Source: an uncultured Rhodospirillaceae bacterium
GTDB lineage: Bacteria; Pseudomonadota; Alphaproteobacteria; MPNO01; UBA2964
Length of the DNA stretch: 64,000 nt
Reading direction: 5' to 3'
NCBI GenBank assembly: GCA_964499275.1
Contig: CAZCKO010000001.1
Span: 14,739-78,738 of the forward strand
Under the pieces are notes generated by a model that was not told where the DNA came from, searched no databases, and was given only the letters and a program-made list of their open reading frames with translations. This document shows, one piece after another, positions 49,062 to 59,190 of the stretch. The position numbers were made by a program, and so were the translations under genes. Positions within the stretch are counted from its first letter, which is position 1. Each line of letters starts with the position of its first letter.

Positions 49062-50195
49062 TCACGAATGATTACCTTTGCTCGCACATTTTTCAAAGAC
49101 TTTCGGAAACTCTGAACAAAATAAACCAGCCCATTCCTCTGGTACTGTGGTCGAAATTTTAAGAAACAAATTTTTCAAAGTGTCACTATGATAGTCAGAG
49201 GTTCTAATAAAAAATCCCCGGTTGAGTAATTCGTCTGCAATAGAATTTGCAGAAACCCCGCTATCTTGGCAATCAACAGCTAAAAAATTCCCATTAGAAG
49301 GATATACAACGGGGCGTAGCCCCTCTAAGGGCTCTAGCATTCTATTAATCGATTCCTGATTTCGCCTTTGTACCAGGTTAACACCCTCCATCCACTCATC
49401 CTTTACCTCGAATGCCGCCACCGCAGCCAACTGCCCGAGAATATTTGAACCGAGGATATTGGGCTGATCTTCCATTAAATGCGTAAATATTTTCTTATCC
49501 GCTACTACAGCGCCAGTGCGCAGACCAGCGATACCAAGCCATTTACTGAAGCTATATGTCGTGATGGTCCTCTCAGGATAAAGATCTCGGACCAAAAAAT
49601 GATTAAAGGCGAAGTCGCGATAAGTGCAATCGTGTACAATTACAGCTCCGAATTTTCTTGCAGCATCTACGATTTCCGTCAACTCATCCAACCCATAGCA
49701 AGAACCAAGTGGATTAAGTGGGTCAATCAAATAAATAATAGCGTTATCACTAATGGAGAGTTGTTCTTCAAGTTCTCGGGCATCAATCTTATAATCCTTA
49801 CCCTCATCATAAATAGGTAACCGGCAGATATCAGCACCTTCATTCTGACTAAATTTCAGCGGCCATACCCAAGTGGGATCACTTGTAATCAGCGTTGTCG
49901 TCTTATTACTCATTCTCTTGCAAACGAGATACAAACCCTCGACTGCACCATCTGTTATAAGCACCTGTGTCTCCCCGGATGCCTCCGGCCCTATTAAATC
50001 GAGTAATATCTGTTCACGGAGTTTCTCTAAACCTTGCGGCGGCGCATAAAGGTTATAACTCTGGTCGTCGATACCTTTTATAAGCGCCTCTTTTACTAAC
50101 GGGTGGGCAGGCAAATGGTTGGTGTTTTGTCCCATCCAAAGCATGTCTTGGCTTCTATGCAGGGCATCAAAAGTTCGTGTGCTTTGAATTGTCAT
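49062..50195 (-). CDS. PLP-dependent aminotransferase, class I/II
   Basis: SFSKWLGIAGLRTG with the Schiff-base Lys. 377 aa. Confidence 0.75.
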   Translation of the reverse strand: MTIQSTRTFDALHRSQDMLWMGQNTNHLPAHPLVKEALIKGIDDQSYNLYAPPQGLEKLREQILLDLIGPEASGETQVLITDGAVEGLYLVCKRMSNKTTTLITSDPTWVWPLKFSQNEGADICRLPIYDEGKDYKIDARELEEQLSISDNAIIYLIDPLNPLGSCYGLDELTEIVDAARKFGAVIVHDCTYRDFAFNHFLVRDLYPERTITTYSFSKWLGIAGLRTGAVVADKKIFTHLMEDQPNILGSNILGQLAAVAAFEVKDEWMEGVNLVQRRNQESINRMLEPLEGLRPVVYPSNGNFLAVDCQDSGVSANSIADELLNRGFFIRTSDYHSDTLKNLFLKISTTVPEEWAGLFCSEFPKVFEKCASKGNHS

Positions 50196-50215
50196 ATCAG
50201 AAAAATGAGGCCTAC

Positions 50216-51016
50216 CTAAGACGCGTCTTTACCGGAAAATATTCGTAAGACGATAAATTCAACACAAACGAGACCAGTGAACAAAATCAATCCCACTATT
50301 AACAAAAAGGTTATTGCCGACAGTGCCAGTGCTGTCTCCAGACCAGAGGCCGCAAAGCTTATGAGATAACCTATTCCAGATTGGGCCGTTACAAACTCAC
50401 CAACGACTACTCCAATGATTGTGAGCGTCAGTCCAATTCTCAGTCCAGTAAAAATCATCGGAAGAGCAAAAGGCAATCTCACAGAGAAGAATGTTTGCCA
50501 TCTACCCGCTGTAAGTGATTCACAAAGCTTTAAATATGTAACACCAGTATTGAGCAACCCAGTTGATGATGCCACTACAATAGGGAAAAGAGCGAGACAC
50601 ATCCCGTAGGCTAGTCTCGCCTCTGTGCCAACTCCAAACCATAGAATGAATAGAGGGGCCAGTGCGATGGTGGGTATAAGGTTAAATAACACAAGATTAG
50701 GAAAAATCGCCCGACGCGCAATATAGGAGACTGTAATTAAACAGGATAAAGATAAACCCAAAATGGTAGAAAAAATAAAAGCCGCAAAACACTCATAAAG
50801 TGTGCCCAAAGCATGCCCCCACATAAATTTGCGCTGAGCTATGAAGAGGTCAACCACATCACCGGGTGGGGGTAATATGATTGTCGGTACAAATTTTTGA
50901 TCAACAAGGTGCTGCCACAAAAACACAATCACAGCAAAAAATGCGACCGGGAGAATGATCTGCCGGAAATTTGTGAAGATGTTCAGTCGCAACTTGTTTA
51001 AAATTAAATCGAGCAT
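50216..51016 (-). CDS. ABC transporter permease, NitT/TauT (SsuC-like) family
   Basis: 266 aa, six TM, binding-protein-dependent permease EAA region. Confidence 0.75.
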   Translation of the reverse strand: MLDLILNKLRLNIFTNFRQIILPVAFFAVIVFLWQHLVDQKFVPTIILPPPGDVVDLFIAQRKFMWGHALGTLYECFAAFIFSTILGLSLSCLITVSYIARRAIFPNLVLFNLIPTIALAPLFILWFGVGTEARLAYGMCLALFPIVVASSTGLLNTGVTYLKLCESLTAGRWQTFFSVRLPFALPMIFTGLRIGLTLTIIGVVVGEFVTAQSGIGYLISFAASGLETALALSAITFLLIVGLILFTGLVCVEFIVLRIFSGKDAS

Positions 51017-51050
51017 TCTTTCCTAAATTTCATTCCATAAGAGACACTGT

Positions 51051-51836
51051 TTATTGATTGCCAAACCAAACCTGTAAGCGGTAGCTCGCAAAAGCGATCA
51101 AGGAATAGAAAAAGAGACCCACGAAACACAGGAATAAAACCGTGGCTATCATTAAATCCGTTTGTAATTGGCCAAACGCTACCAAAATCAAAAATCCAAG
51201 TCCTTGTGAGGAAGTAATAAACTCACCCACAATTACTCCAATCATTGCCATGGTTATACTCATCTTCATTGCACTTATCAGATAGGGTAATGCAAAAGGA
51301 AATCTAACCAGAAACAAGGTTTGCAATTTTGACGCCGTTAAAGACTCACAAAGCTTTAAAAGACTGGGGTCGGTATTCTTTAGACCAGCGGTCATACTTA
51401 TAATTATCGGGAAAATACTTATAAAAACAGCAAAACCCAGGCGAGACTCAAATTCGATACCGAGCCAAAGAACAAACATGGGAGCCCACGCGATCTTGGG
51501 AACAATCTGAAAACCAACAATATTTGGATAGAGAGCATCCTTGGCCCACGGCGACCAAGTCATCAAAAGCGCTAAAAACAGACCAATAATACTTGCTAGG
51601 AGAAAACCGCCGAGCGCCACCGACGCCGTCGGTAAAATGTTCTTCGTTATAAGATCCCAATTATCAAAAATGGCAACTACAACCGCGCTTGGCCGTGGCA
51701 AAATTGATTTAGGATAATTTGTATACCAGGTAAAAAATTCCCAAATCCCAATCACTGACAAAAACAATAGAACCGGGAGGAAACTATCACGTACTCCGGT
51801 CAAAAACGAATTCTTAGGATTTGGCAAGGCACTCAT
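51051..51836 (-). CDS. ABC transporter permease, NitT/TauT (SsuC-like) family
   Basis: 261 aa, paralogous to the adjacent permease. Confidence 0.75.
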   Translation of the reverse strand: MSALPNPKNSFLTGVRDSFLPVLLFLSVIGIWEFFTWYTNYPKSILPRPSAVVVAIFDNWDLITKNILPTASVALGGFLLASIIGLFLALLMTWSPWAKDALYPNIVGFQIVPKIAWAPMFVLWLGIEFESRLGFAVFISIFPIIISMTAGLKNTDPSLLKLCESLTASKLQTLFLVRFPFALPYLISAMKMSITMAMIGVIVGEFITSSQGLGFLILVAFGQLQTDLMIATVLFLCFVGLFFYSLIAFASYRLQVWFGNQ

Positions 51837-51856
51837 CTACTAATTTTCTTTGATTG

Positions 51857-52669
51857 CTAATGCTGGGCGTCAATTTTCCCACGCAAATGGGCACAAATCT
51901 TGTTAAATTCTGGCGTTTCGACAAGAGAAAAATCTCTCGGGCGCTCAAATGGTACCACCAGATTTTCAATAATAGTTCCAGGGCGAGCACTCATCACCAA
52001 AACGCGATCAGACAGAAAAACTGCTTCTCTTATACTATGCGTTACAAATAGTCCGGTCTTTTTAAAGTCTTGCCATAGATCCATCAGAACCTGATTCATT
52101 TCGTCTCGAGTTATCGCGTCAAGCGCGCTGAATGGTTCGTCCATTAAAAGCAAAGAAGGATCATAGAGTAGGGCTCGACATATTGCGACCCGTTGTTTCA
52201 TTCCACCCGACAATTGTGCAGGTTTTTTGTCCAGAAATTGCTCGAGACCAACACGGCTCAAAAGATCTTCAGCGATTGGTAAATATTTTTTTCGGTCTCT
52301 ATTAAGAATCTTCACCGGAAAAAGAACATTTTCCAAGGATGTCTTCCAAGGCAGCAGGGTAGGGTCCTGGAACATCAATCCGATATCTTCTCGTGGCTTG
52401 ACCATCGGTTGACCACCGATTGTTACATTCCCTTTGGTGGGGTGTTCTAGGCCCGCAATCATCATCAATAGAGTGCTTTTTCCACACCCGCTAGGGCCCA
52501 GTAAAGAGACAAACTCCCCTTCCCCAACACCACAATCTATATGTTCAAGCGCTATCGTTTGATTGGGGCCAGGGTTAAATATTTTTTGAACGCCGTCCGC
52601 GTGCACATAACTATCCGACTGCAAAGCGGGTTCTCTTATAGCAAAAGACTCAGACATATTTAAACTCAA
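51857..52669 (-). CDS. ABC transporter ATP-binding protein, NitT/TauT family
   Basis: GPSGCGKST, LSGGMKQRVAICRAL, LLMDEPFSALD. Confidence 0.85.
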   Translation of the reverse strand: MSLNMSESFAIREPALQSDSYVHADGVQKIFNPGPNQTIALEHIDCGVGEGEFVSLLGPSGCGKSTLLMMIAGLEHPTKGNVTIGGQPMVKPREDIGLMFQDPTLLPWKTSLENVLFPVKILNRDRKKYLPIAEDLLSRVGLEQFLDKKPAQLSGGMKQRVAICRALLYDPSLLLMDEPFSALDAITRDEMNQVLMDLWQDFKKTGLFVTHSIREAVFLSDRVLVMSARPGTIIENLVVPFERPRDFSLVETPEFNKICAHLRGKIDAQH

Positions 52670-52723
52670 CGTAAAGGTTTGCAGAAAAATAGTTTAGTGA
52701 ACACGCGGACAACATCATAGGTT

Positions 52724-53842
52724 TTAACCGAGAGCCTTCGCCCCTGGTGCACCCAACTTCTTGATAAGCGCGAGTTCTTTGTCACTCACCTTGTATTTAT
52801 TAGTAACCATTTCATCCAAGTGCATGATTTTGCTCAAATCAGGAGCAGGGTCACCAGGCTTAGCAAGGTTTTTCACAACGAGGTCAACCATCTTTTGATA
52901 CTTAGCGGGATCAACACTACCCAGACCCGTCGTGGCCATTTCTTTTGTGGTATTGATGTAAGTGTAAAGGTCAATCTCGATGTCAAACTGCTTTCGCTTT
53001 GAAGCCGTAATCCCAGCTTCCGGCACTGCCTTGAAAAAGATCTCTTTAGCCTCGTCATGGTTGGTCATGTAGTACTTGATCCCCTCCATGATGGCTCCTG
53101 TCACATCCGCACACATTGCCTTTTCTTTTGCGTACATTTCAGGCTGGGTAATTATCATGTAGCCATAGAACGGCATATCGAAATCTTTATAAAGGAAAGT
53201 ACCAACGTCATACCCCTTGTTAACAACATCGGGGACAACTGATGAAGCAAAACAGGAAATAAAGTCGACTTTTTTCTGAAGCATAACACCGGTTCTGATT
53301 TTATTATCAACCTGAACGACATTAACTTTAGACCAATCAAACCCAGCATTTTGTCCAAAGATTGGCAAAAATGGATATTCTCCTGATTTAACAACAGAGC
53401 CACATTTTTTACCCTCAAGGTCCTTGGGTGTTTTGATGCCAGAAGATTTTAGAAAAACAATCCCCATCGCTGAGCTGTAGCTAGCGCAAGCTAGATAGGC
53501 TAACTTCATTCCTCTGACGGTCTGCAAAGACGCCGTCGGTGCAGATGAAATTCCGAAATTAAATTTGCCTTGCCCAATCGCTTGCGCAGATGCAGTGGAG
53601 CCGAAGCCGCGGCTTATTTTGACATCTAAACCAAGCTTCTTAAAAAAGCCCTTTCCAGCGGTGGTATAAATCCAGGCACTACCACCATTTGGAATCCACG
53701 ACTGCGTAAAGGTAATACTTCTCATTTTTTTTGCAAACGCCATTGGCGCGATACCACTGGCCAAAATGGATGCCATCCCCACACCGGTACCCCTAACAAA
53801 CTTCCGGCGACTGACACCTTTTAAAATTTTCTTCTTATCCAT
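52724..53842 (-). CDS. NMT1/THI5-like (NitT/TauT family) ABC substrate-binding protein with a twin-arginine signal
   Basis: N-terminal SRRKFVRG TAT motif followed by a hydrophobic stretch ending AFA. Periplasmic binding fold. Confidence 0.7.
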   Translation of the reverse strand: MDKKKILKGVSRRKFVRGTGVGMASILASGIAPMAFAKKMRSITFTQSWIPNGGSAWIYTTAGKGFFKKLGLDVKISRGFGSTASAQAIGQGKFNFGISSAPTASLQTVRGMKLAYLACASYSSAMGIVFLKSSGIKTPKDLEGKKCGSVVKSGEYPFLPIFGQNAGFDWSKVNVVQVDNKIRTGVMLQKKVDFISCFASSVVPDVVNKGYDVGTFLYKDFDMPFYGYMIITQPEMYAKEKAMCADVTGAIMEGIKYYMTNHDEAKEIFFKAVPEAGITASKRKQFDIEIDLYTYINTTKEMATTGLGSVDPAKYQKMVDLVVKNLAKPGDPAPDLSKIMHLDEMVTNKYKVSDKELALIKKLGAPGAKALG

Positions 53843-54216
53843 AAGTCTTATTCCTCCAGTTTATGATTAGTTGTCATATTTTAAATCTCTGAACTCAAAC
53901 AGTCATGACACCTTACATCATTATAGAATGCAAGACGCATGCCAAAGTGGCAATAGCCCCTATGTTTGACACCCGAGGGTCTAACCTAATACCCCCCCCT
54001 CGAATAAAAAAACGGGTTAATTAAACATTTCATTCGGAATCTAACAACCCACGAGATGCCCAAAACATTTTTCAAGGGTCTTCAAAAGATTGTATATATA
54101 TAAAAGTCTGAATTTTTAGCGCTTTGCTTAAAACTTAAATTTTGTAATGTTTTTTGCGATCATCTTCATGAGGAAGAACCTAGCGGTAGTATAACCCACC
54201 ATTGGGCATTAAGAGT

Positions 54217-54292
54217 TGGTGGAGGTAAGCGGAATTGAACCGCTGACCTTCTGATTGCGAACCAGACGCTCTCCCAACTGAGCTATACCCCC
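54217..54292 (-). tRNA. tRNA-Ala (anticodon CGC)
   Basis: 76-nt minus-strand cloverleaf GGGGGTATAGCTCAGTTGGGAGAGCGTCTGGTTCGCAATCAGAAGGTCAGCGGTTCAATTCCGCTTACCTCCACCA. G3:U70 Ala identity pair. Anticodon loop TTCGCAA. Encoded CCA. Confidence 0.85.
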
Positions 54293-54455
54293 TGAACAAA
54301 TGCGCCGAATTTGGTTGTCCACTACACCGTTGTCAAGATTACCATGGTTAGGATATTAGCCAAATCTTGAATTGAAGGAACAGGATTGTTAGAATTTATA
54401 AGACCTCGCGGGCAATGCCCGCAAAATTGTAAATCACCCGCGGAGATCTCTTACC

Positions 54456-54758
54456 ATGATCATTATCGACCCTCTAATTCGCGTCGCGATCATTGCCGTT
54501 GATCTCTATATTTGGATAATCATTATCGGCGCTATTTTAAGCTGGCTCGTGGCTTTTAATATAATCAATACATCAAACAGCATAGTTTATACTATTATCG
54601 ATTTCTTATACCGAATTACCGAACCGGCTCTAAGGCCAATCCGGCGAGTAATTCCAAATTTTGGGGGTATCGATATTTCACCAGTTATCTTGATTCTTGG
54701 TCTAATATTTTTACAGATGGTTTTAAGCAATCTCCATCGCGCATTAATAACTGGCTGA
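54456..54758 (+). CDS. yggT: YggT-family inner-membrane protein
   Basis: 100-aa two-TM protein with a YggT-like sequence (…RPIRRVIPNFGGIDISPV…). Confidence 0.75.
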   Translation: MIIIDPLIRVAIIAVDLYIWIIIIGAILSWLVAFNIINTSNSIVYTIIDFLYRITEPALRPIRRVIPNFGGIDISPVILILGLIFLQMVLSNLHRALITG

Positions 54759-54785
54759 CAAACCGTCAAATTTAGGAAGCTTCAA

Positions 54786-55673
54786 ATGACTGATGTTTGT
54801 ATTATTGACGGGAAAATTATTTCTGCGCAGCACCAAGATAAAATTCGCCACCGCACTGCGGTTTTAAAAAACCAACATGACATCGTACCTGGTCTCGCGA
54901 CTGTGCTAGTTGGTGAAGACCCTGCCAGTCAAATATATATTAAAAATAAAGAAAAAAGAACAAATGAAGTGGGAATGGCCTCTTATGGCCGGAGGCTGGC
55001 CACCGATATTTCAGAAGCTGACTTGCTGTCGGTGGTAAATGAACTAAATGAGGATCCTCAGGTCCATGGAATAATCGTGCAACTCCCTTTGCCAAGTCAT
55101 ATAAAAGAAAAAAACATTATCCAAGCCGTTGATTCTGCAAAGGATGTCGATGGCTTTCATCCAATGAATGTTGGGGCCCTTTCTAATGGGGAGAAGGGTC
55201 TAGTTCCCTGTACTCCACGGGGTTGCATGATATTGATTGAACACACACTCAATGACCTGACAGCTAAAAATGCTGTCATAGTGGGGCGCTCTAAAATTGT
55301 TGGCAAACCTCTAGCCCAATTGTTACTCGCAGCTAATTGCACCGTCACTATCGCACATTCTCATACGAAAAATATTGCGGATCTCTGCCGTACCGCCGAT
55401 ATATTGGTTGCGGCGGTAGGGAAAGCGGAAATGATAAAAGGGAGCTGGATCAAGCCAAACGCCACGGTAATTGATGTGGGCATTAACCGAAAAAAAGGTG
55501 CAGGAAACAAAGCCCATTTGGTTGGTGATGTGGACTTTAAAGAAGCGGTCCAAATTGCTGGTGCCATCACACCAGTACCCGGCGGAGTAGGGCCTATGAC
55601 CATTGCCTGCCTTTTAGAAAATACTTTGATGGCCTGCTGTCGTCAGAACGGGATTGAACTCCCCGACACCTGA
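54786..55673 (+). CDS. folD: Bifunctional methylenetetrahydrofolate dehydrogenase/cyclohydrolase FolD
   Basis: 295 aa. [18 protein letters not shown]-binding motif. [18 protein letters not shown]. Confidence 0.92.
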   Translation: MTDVCIIDGKIISAQHQDKIRHRTAVLKNQHDIVPGLATVLVGEDPASQIYIKNKEKRTNEVGMASYGRRLATDISEADLLSVVNELNEDPQVHGIIVQLPLPSHIKEKNIIQAVDSAKDVDGFHPMNVGALSNGEKGLVPCTPRGCMILIEHTLNDLTAKNAVIVGRSKIVGKPLAQLLLAANCTVTIAHSHTKNIADLCRTADILVAAVGKAEMIKGSWIKPNATVIDVGINRKKGAGNKAHLVGDVDFKEAVQIAGAITPVPGGVGPMTIACLLENTLMACCRQNGIELPDT

Positions 55674-55676
55674 GCA

Positions 55677-56108
55677 CTAATCTCCTGTCTCTGGGAGTGG
55701 CCCATCTTTTCTAGCACCACCCCAACCTGTATGTGTAATATCGAAAATAGTACCATTGGGATCTAGAAACTTCATTTCATAGAAAACGCTATTGCCTTCC
55801 ATCTCACCCATAAACCACTGACCACCATTCTCTTCTATTTCTCTTTCACATTTTTCTACATCATCCACCCAAAATCCAAAGTGATGTACACCAAACCAAT
55901 CTTTTGTCTTACCCTCACCCATTGGACGGTCATCTTTATAACGCAACAAGGCCACGTTTATTGTACCGTCCGTAAGATAAATACCATCTGCCATTGGCGC
56001 CGACACCGACGTAACTTTTTCCATCCCAAATACAGACATATAAAATTCAGCAGTTTTTTCTGGGTCCTCAACGGATAAGGCCAGATGACGAAGTTTACCA
56101 CTTGCCAT
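55677..56108 (-). CDS. VOC-family (glyoxalase/bleomycin-resistance fold) protein
   Basis: 143-aa single VOC module. Confidence 0.6.
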   Translation of the reverse strand: MASGKLRHLALSVEDPEKTAEFYMSVFGMEKVTSVSAPMADGIYLTDGTINVALLRYKDDRPMGEGKTKDWFGVHHFGFWVDDVEKCEREIEENGGQWFMGEMEGNSVFYEMKFLDPNGTIFDITHTGWGGARKDGPLPETGD

Positions 56109-57238
56109 TAATTCGGTCCCTGTATGTGAAACATTTCAGCGGCATGGTCCCAAAGGACGCGCTGTTTAATTGCAGGATCTACACCCTCAAACATCTTGTT
56201 AATCGGAATTGAAACATCAGGCCAGGTCCCTTGAGGATGTGGGTAGTCGGAACCCCAAATAGCAACATCACCGAGATTACACCAATCGAGCTTCATCAAT
56301 TCACAACCAACATAATCTTCCTCAAAGGTAAATCCACAATTCCGTTTGGCATATTCGCTTGGAAGCATGGAAAGCGGAGCTGAGGGATCAGGAGCACGTT
56401 CCTCGACTTGGCGATCACACCATTCAATAGCAAAAGGCACCCAGCCTATTCTGCACTCCGAAAACAATACCTTTAGATTGGGATTACGTTCAAATGCACC
56501 ACAAAAGACGAGTTGTGAGAATGTATTGCAAAGATTAAAGGGTGCCGTTGCAAGAAAGGCTATTTGTGCACCGCGGTGGTATGGAGGCAACGGGGAGTCT
56601 GCCGCTCCGCCAATATGTATGCAAAGGGGCACACTTGCTTCGCTAGCCATAGACCAAAGTGGTTCCCACACTTCATCATAGACGGGCTTTGCAACATCAA
56701 ATGGCGGAAATTCAACTGCCTTTGCGCCTGCCTTAATCATGCGGCTGAATTCCCTAATGCACTCATCTGGATACTTGGTCGGCAAGGCGGGTAGGATAAA
56801 AATCCTATCAGGTTCAATTTTATTCATCTCCATCGCATAGTCATTAAATGCGCGGTAGACTGAAAATAACAACTCTGGGTCGCTGACATTCCATTTCCGC
56901 ACACTCGCGAAAATTATGCTCGACCACACTTTGGATTGATCCATATGATCCAGGAGTATTTTAGGGTCAGCTGGTGGAAGCGCCCCGTCAGGTAAATCAA
57001 CCCCATGGTCACGAAAGGGTTTTAAAAACTGAGCACTATTTGAACCGTCGGCCGATTTATCCCAAAGTTTACCTTCCCAAGTCCATTGAGAGCCATTTTC
57101 ACCTTCGACAACTCGAGGGCCAATTTCTTTATATTTTTTCGGCAATCGATCCTGCCACAGGTTTTTAGGGCACCAATGCGTATCAAGATGATTATCCGCC
57201 GAAATATAATGGTAATCACTCATCGAAAGCGTCTCCAA
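56108..57238 (-). CDS. Amidohydrolase-2 family protein (ACMSD/LigW-like decarboxylase or hydrolase)
   Basis: N-terminal ISADNHLDTH metal-binding motif. 376 aa. Confidence 0.7.
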   Translation of the reverse strand: METLSMSDYHYISADNHLDTHWCPKNLWQDRLPKKYKEIGPRVVEGENGSQWTWEGKLWDKSADGSNSAQFLKPFRDHGVDLPDGALPPADPKILLDHMDQSKVWSSIIFASVRKWNVSDPELLFSVYRAFNDYAMEMNKIEPDRIFILPALPTKYPDECIREFSRMIKAGAKAVEFPPFDVAKPVYDEVWEPLWSMASEASVPLCIHIGGAADSPLPPYHRGAQIAFLATAPFNLCNTFSQLVFCGAFERNPNLKVLFSECRIGWVPFAIEWCDRQVEERAPDPSAPLSMLPSEYAKRNCGFTFEEDYVGCELMKLDWCNLGDVAIWGSDYPHPQGTWPDVSIPINKMFEGVDPAIKQRVLWDHAAEMFHIQGPN

Positions 57239-57311
57239 GTTATTGCAAGGTTATTTGTTAAAGGTCGCTTAATGGTATTGTTACGTCAAGCTGGGTGACC
57301 CAGATTACATA

Positions 57312-58187
57312 TTAATTTTTGGCGGTGGTATATTTTTCTCGTCGAGTAATGATCAGCACTGCAAAAAAGATAAATCCTGCGCCAACCCATGTCTCTATAT
57401 CCGAAATTTCACCGAAAAGCATCCAACCAAAGGCAGCCGCTATAGGTAACCGCATAAAATCAACAGGTGCCAACAAACTCGCATCTGCCACCTTCATGCC
57501 TCGTGCTAGGAAAATATGAGCAAACGTTCCAAACACTCCTACCCCTAAAATCCAACCCAGCTGATGCCATTCTGGCCATATCCATTGGGGAATAGCGAGG
57601 ATCAATGTAAAGGGAATTAAAGTGAGATTTAAATAAAAGATCAGCACAGCGCCACTGATTTTTAGAGCAACATGTTTTGTAATGAGCTGGACTGATGCGT
57701 TCGACATCGCAGAGACTAAAATACAAAGGATGAGAGGGTTAAACGGGATATAGCCCGGTCGTATAATTATCAGCGCCCCCACAAAACCTAAAACGACTGC
57801 ACCCCAACGCCACCTATCGACATTTTCTCTTAGCACTAACGCCGCCCCTATCACCACAAAAAGAGGATGCGTCAACTGCACTGCCGTGACATCTGAAATA
57901 AGCATACCAGTAAGGGCCCAGAACCAACATAAGATACCAACAACCGAGATCAAACTGCGCCACAACACCAACTGCCATTGTTCAGGGGCCAATACTTCCG
58001 GCTCAAATCGGATAGTGCGCAGCAACCACGGCAGCAGGATAATCAACCCCATGAAGCCGCGAAAAAAAACTAGTTGGGGGGCAGAAAACCCCTCAAAACT
58101 GAGGTACCTAACCGCTGCCATCATCGCACACATAGAAGTGGTTTGTGCTAACATCCAGAGCAACCCACGGAAGTTGTGGGGTATCAT
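57312..58187 (-). CDS. DMT-superfamily (EamA) transporter
   Basis: 291 aa, 10 TM, duplicated EamA domains. Confidence 0.75.
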   Translation of the reverse strand: MIPHNFRGLLWMLAQTTSMCAMMAAVRYLSFEGFSAPQLVFFRGFMGLIILLPWLLRTIRFEPEVLAPEQWQLVLWRSLISVVGILCWFWALTGMLISDVTAVQLTHPLFVVIGAALVLRENVDRWRWGAVVLGFVGALIIIRPGYIPFNPLILCILVSAMSNASVQLITKHVALKISGAVLIFYLNLTLIPFTLILAIPQWIWPEWHQLGWILGVGVFGTFAHIFLARGMKVADASLLAPVDFMRLPIAAAFGWMLFGEISDIETWVGAGFIFFAVLIITRREKYTTAKN

Positions 58188-59053
58188 TATGCTTTGACTC
58201 GTTGTTCTATCCGCCTAGCCCACCAAGTATTATACCAGGCAGCAAGAAATATGACGGAAGCCCCCACGTAAGTCCAAAAATCTGAGACATCATTGAATAA
58301 AAAATAAGCTCCAAATGAACAGAGAACCAGGCGAAGGAAATCAATTGGCGCAAGTGCACTAGCATCTGCATGGCGCATTGCTTTCAATAAGCATGTGTGT
58401 GCTGTCGTGCCGGTGATACCCAGGACCATAATCCACCCCAGATGTTCCCAACCAGGCATTGACCAATGGAATGGTAAAGCTATTGCAGCACCTGGCAAAA
58501 TCAACAAGTTCATATAAAAGGCCGTTGCGTTAGGCGTTTCAGTACCAGACATGAACTTAGTTATGACATGATTGGCACCATAAAGAGCGCCGGAAAGCAA
58601 GACGAAATAATGTGCCCAGTCGATAATCTGAAACCCGGGCCGCAAAACAATTAACACGCCGGCGAATCCGATAATTGTGGACGTCCAACGCACCGCATCC
58701 ACTCTCTCGCGTAGAAAGATAGCGGCAAAAATAATCATGAAAAGTGGCAAAGTGAAGTGTAGAGCTATTGCATCGCCAAGGGGTAATAATCCAATCGCCG
58801 CGAACCACAAAATCATTCCAAAACCCATAAAACTTGCCCGGATAAGATGCTGGCTAAACTTGTTCGTTTTCAGTGCTTCCGTGCCTTCCTTTACGATCCA
58901 GGGAACGAAAAAAAGAACACCAAACAAGCAACGAATGAAAACAATTTGTACTGCCGACATATCGGGTGACAGAGCCCTAACGCTTATGCTCAGCGCAACA
59001 AATGAAAAGGTCGTCAATAACATCCAAAATGCGCCGAGATAAATAGGGGGCAA
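58187..59053 (-). CDS. DMT-superfamily (EamA) transporter
   Basis: 288 aa, a tandem paralog overlapping the downstream gene by 1 nt. Confidence 0.75.
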   Translation of the reverse strand: MPPIYLGAFWMLLTTFSFVALSISVRALSPDMSAVQIVFIRCLFGVLFFVPWIVKEGTEALKTNKFSQHLIRASFMGFGMILWFAAIGLLPLGDAIALHFTLPLFMIIFAAIFLRERVDAVRWTSTIIGFAGVLIVLRPGFQIIDWAHYFVLLSGALYGANHVITKFMSGTETPNATAFYMNLLILPGAAIALPFHWSMPGWEHLGWIMVLGITGTTAHTCLLKAMRHADASALAPIDFLRLVLCSFGAYFLFNDVSDFWTYVGASVIFLAAWYNTWWARRIEQRVKA

Positions 59054-59190
59054 GGTTTTGAGACTTTCTGTTAAAATTTTTTATAGGACATACACTAAAG
59101 AGTTTTCATCGAACTATCGACCCCACGGCTTTACCGGAATTGTAAGACATGGAATGCTATCACTAGGAAGAATCAGGAAGAGCTCTGAAC

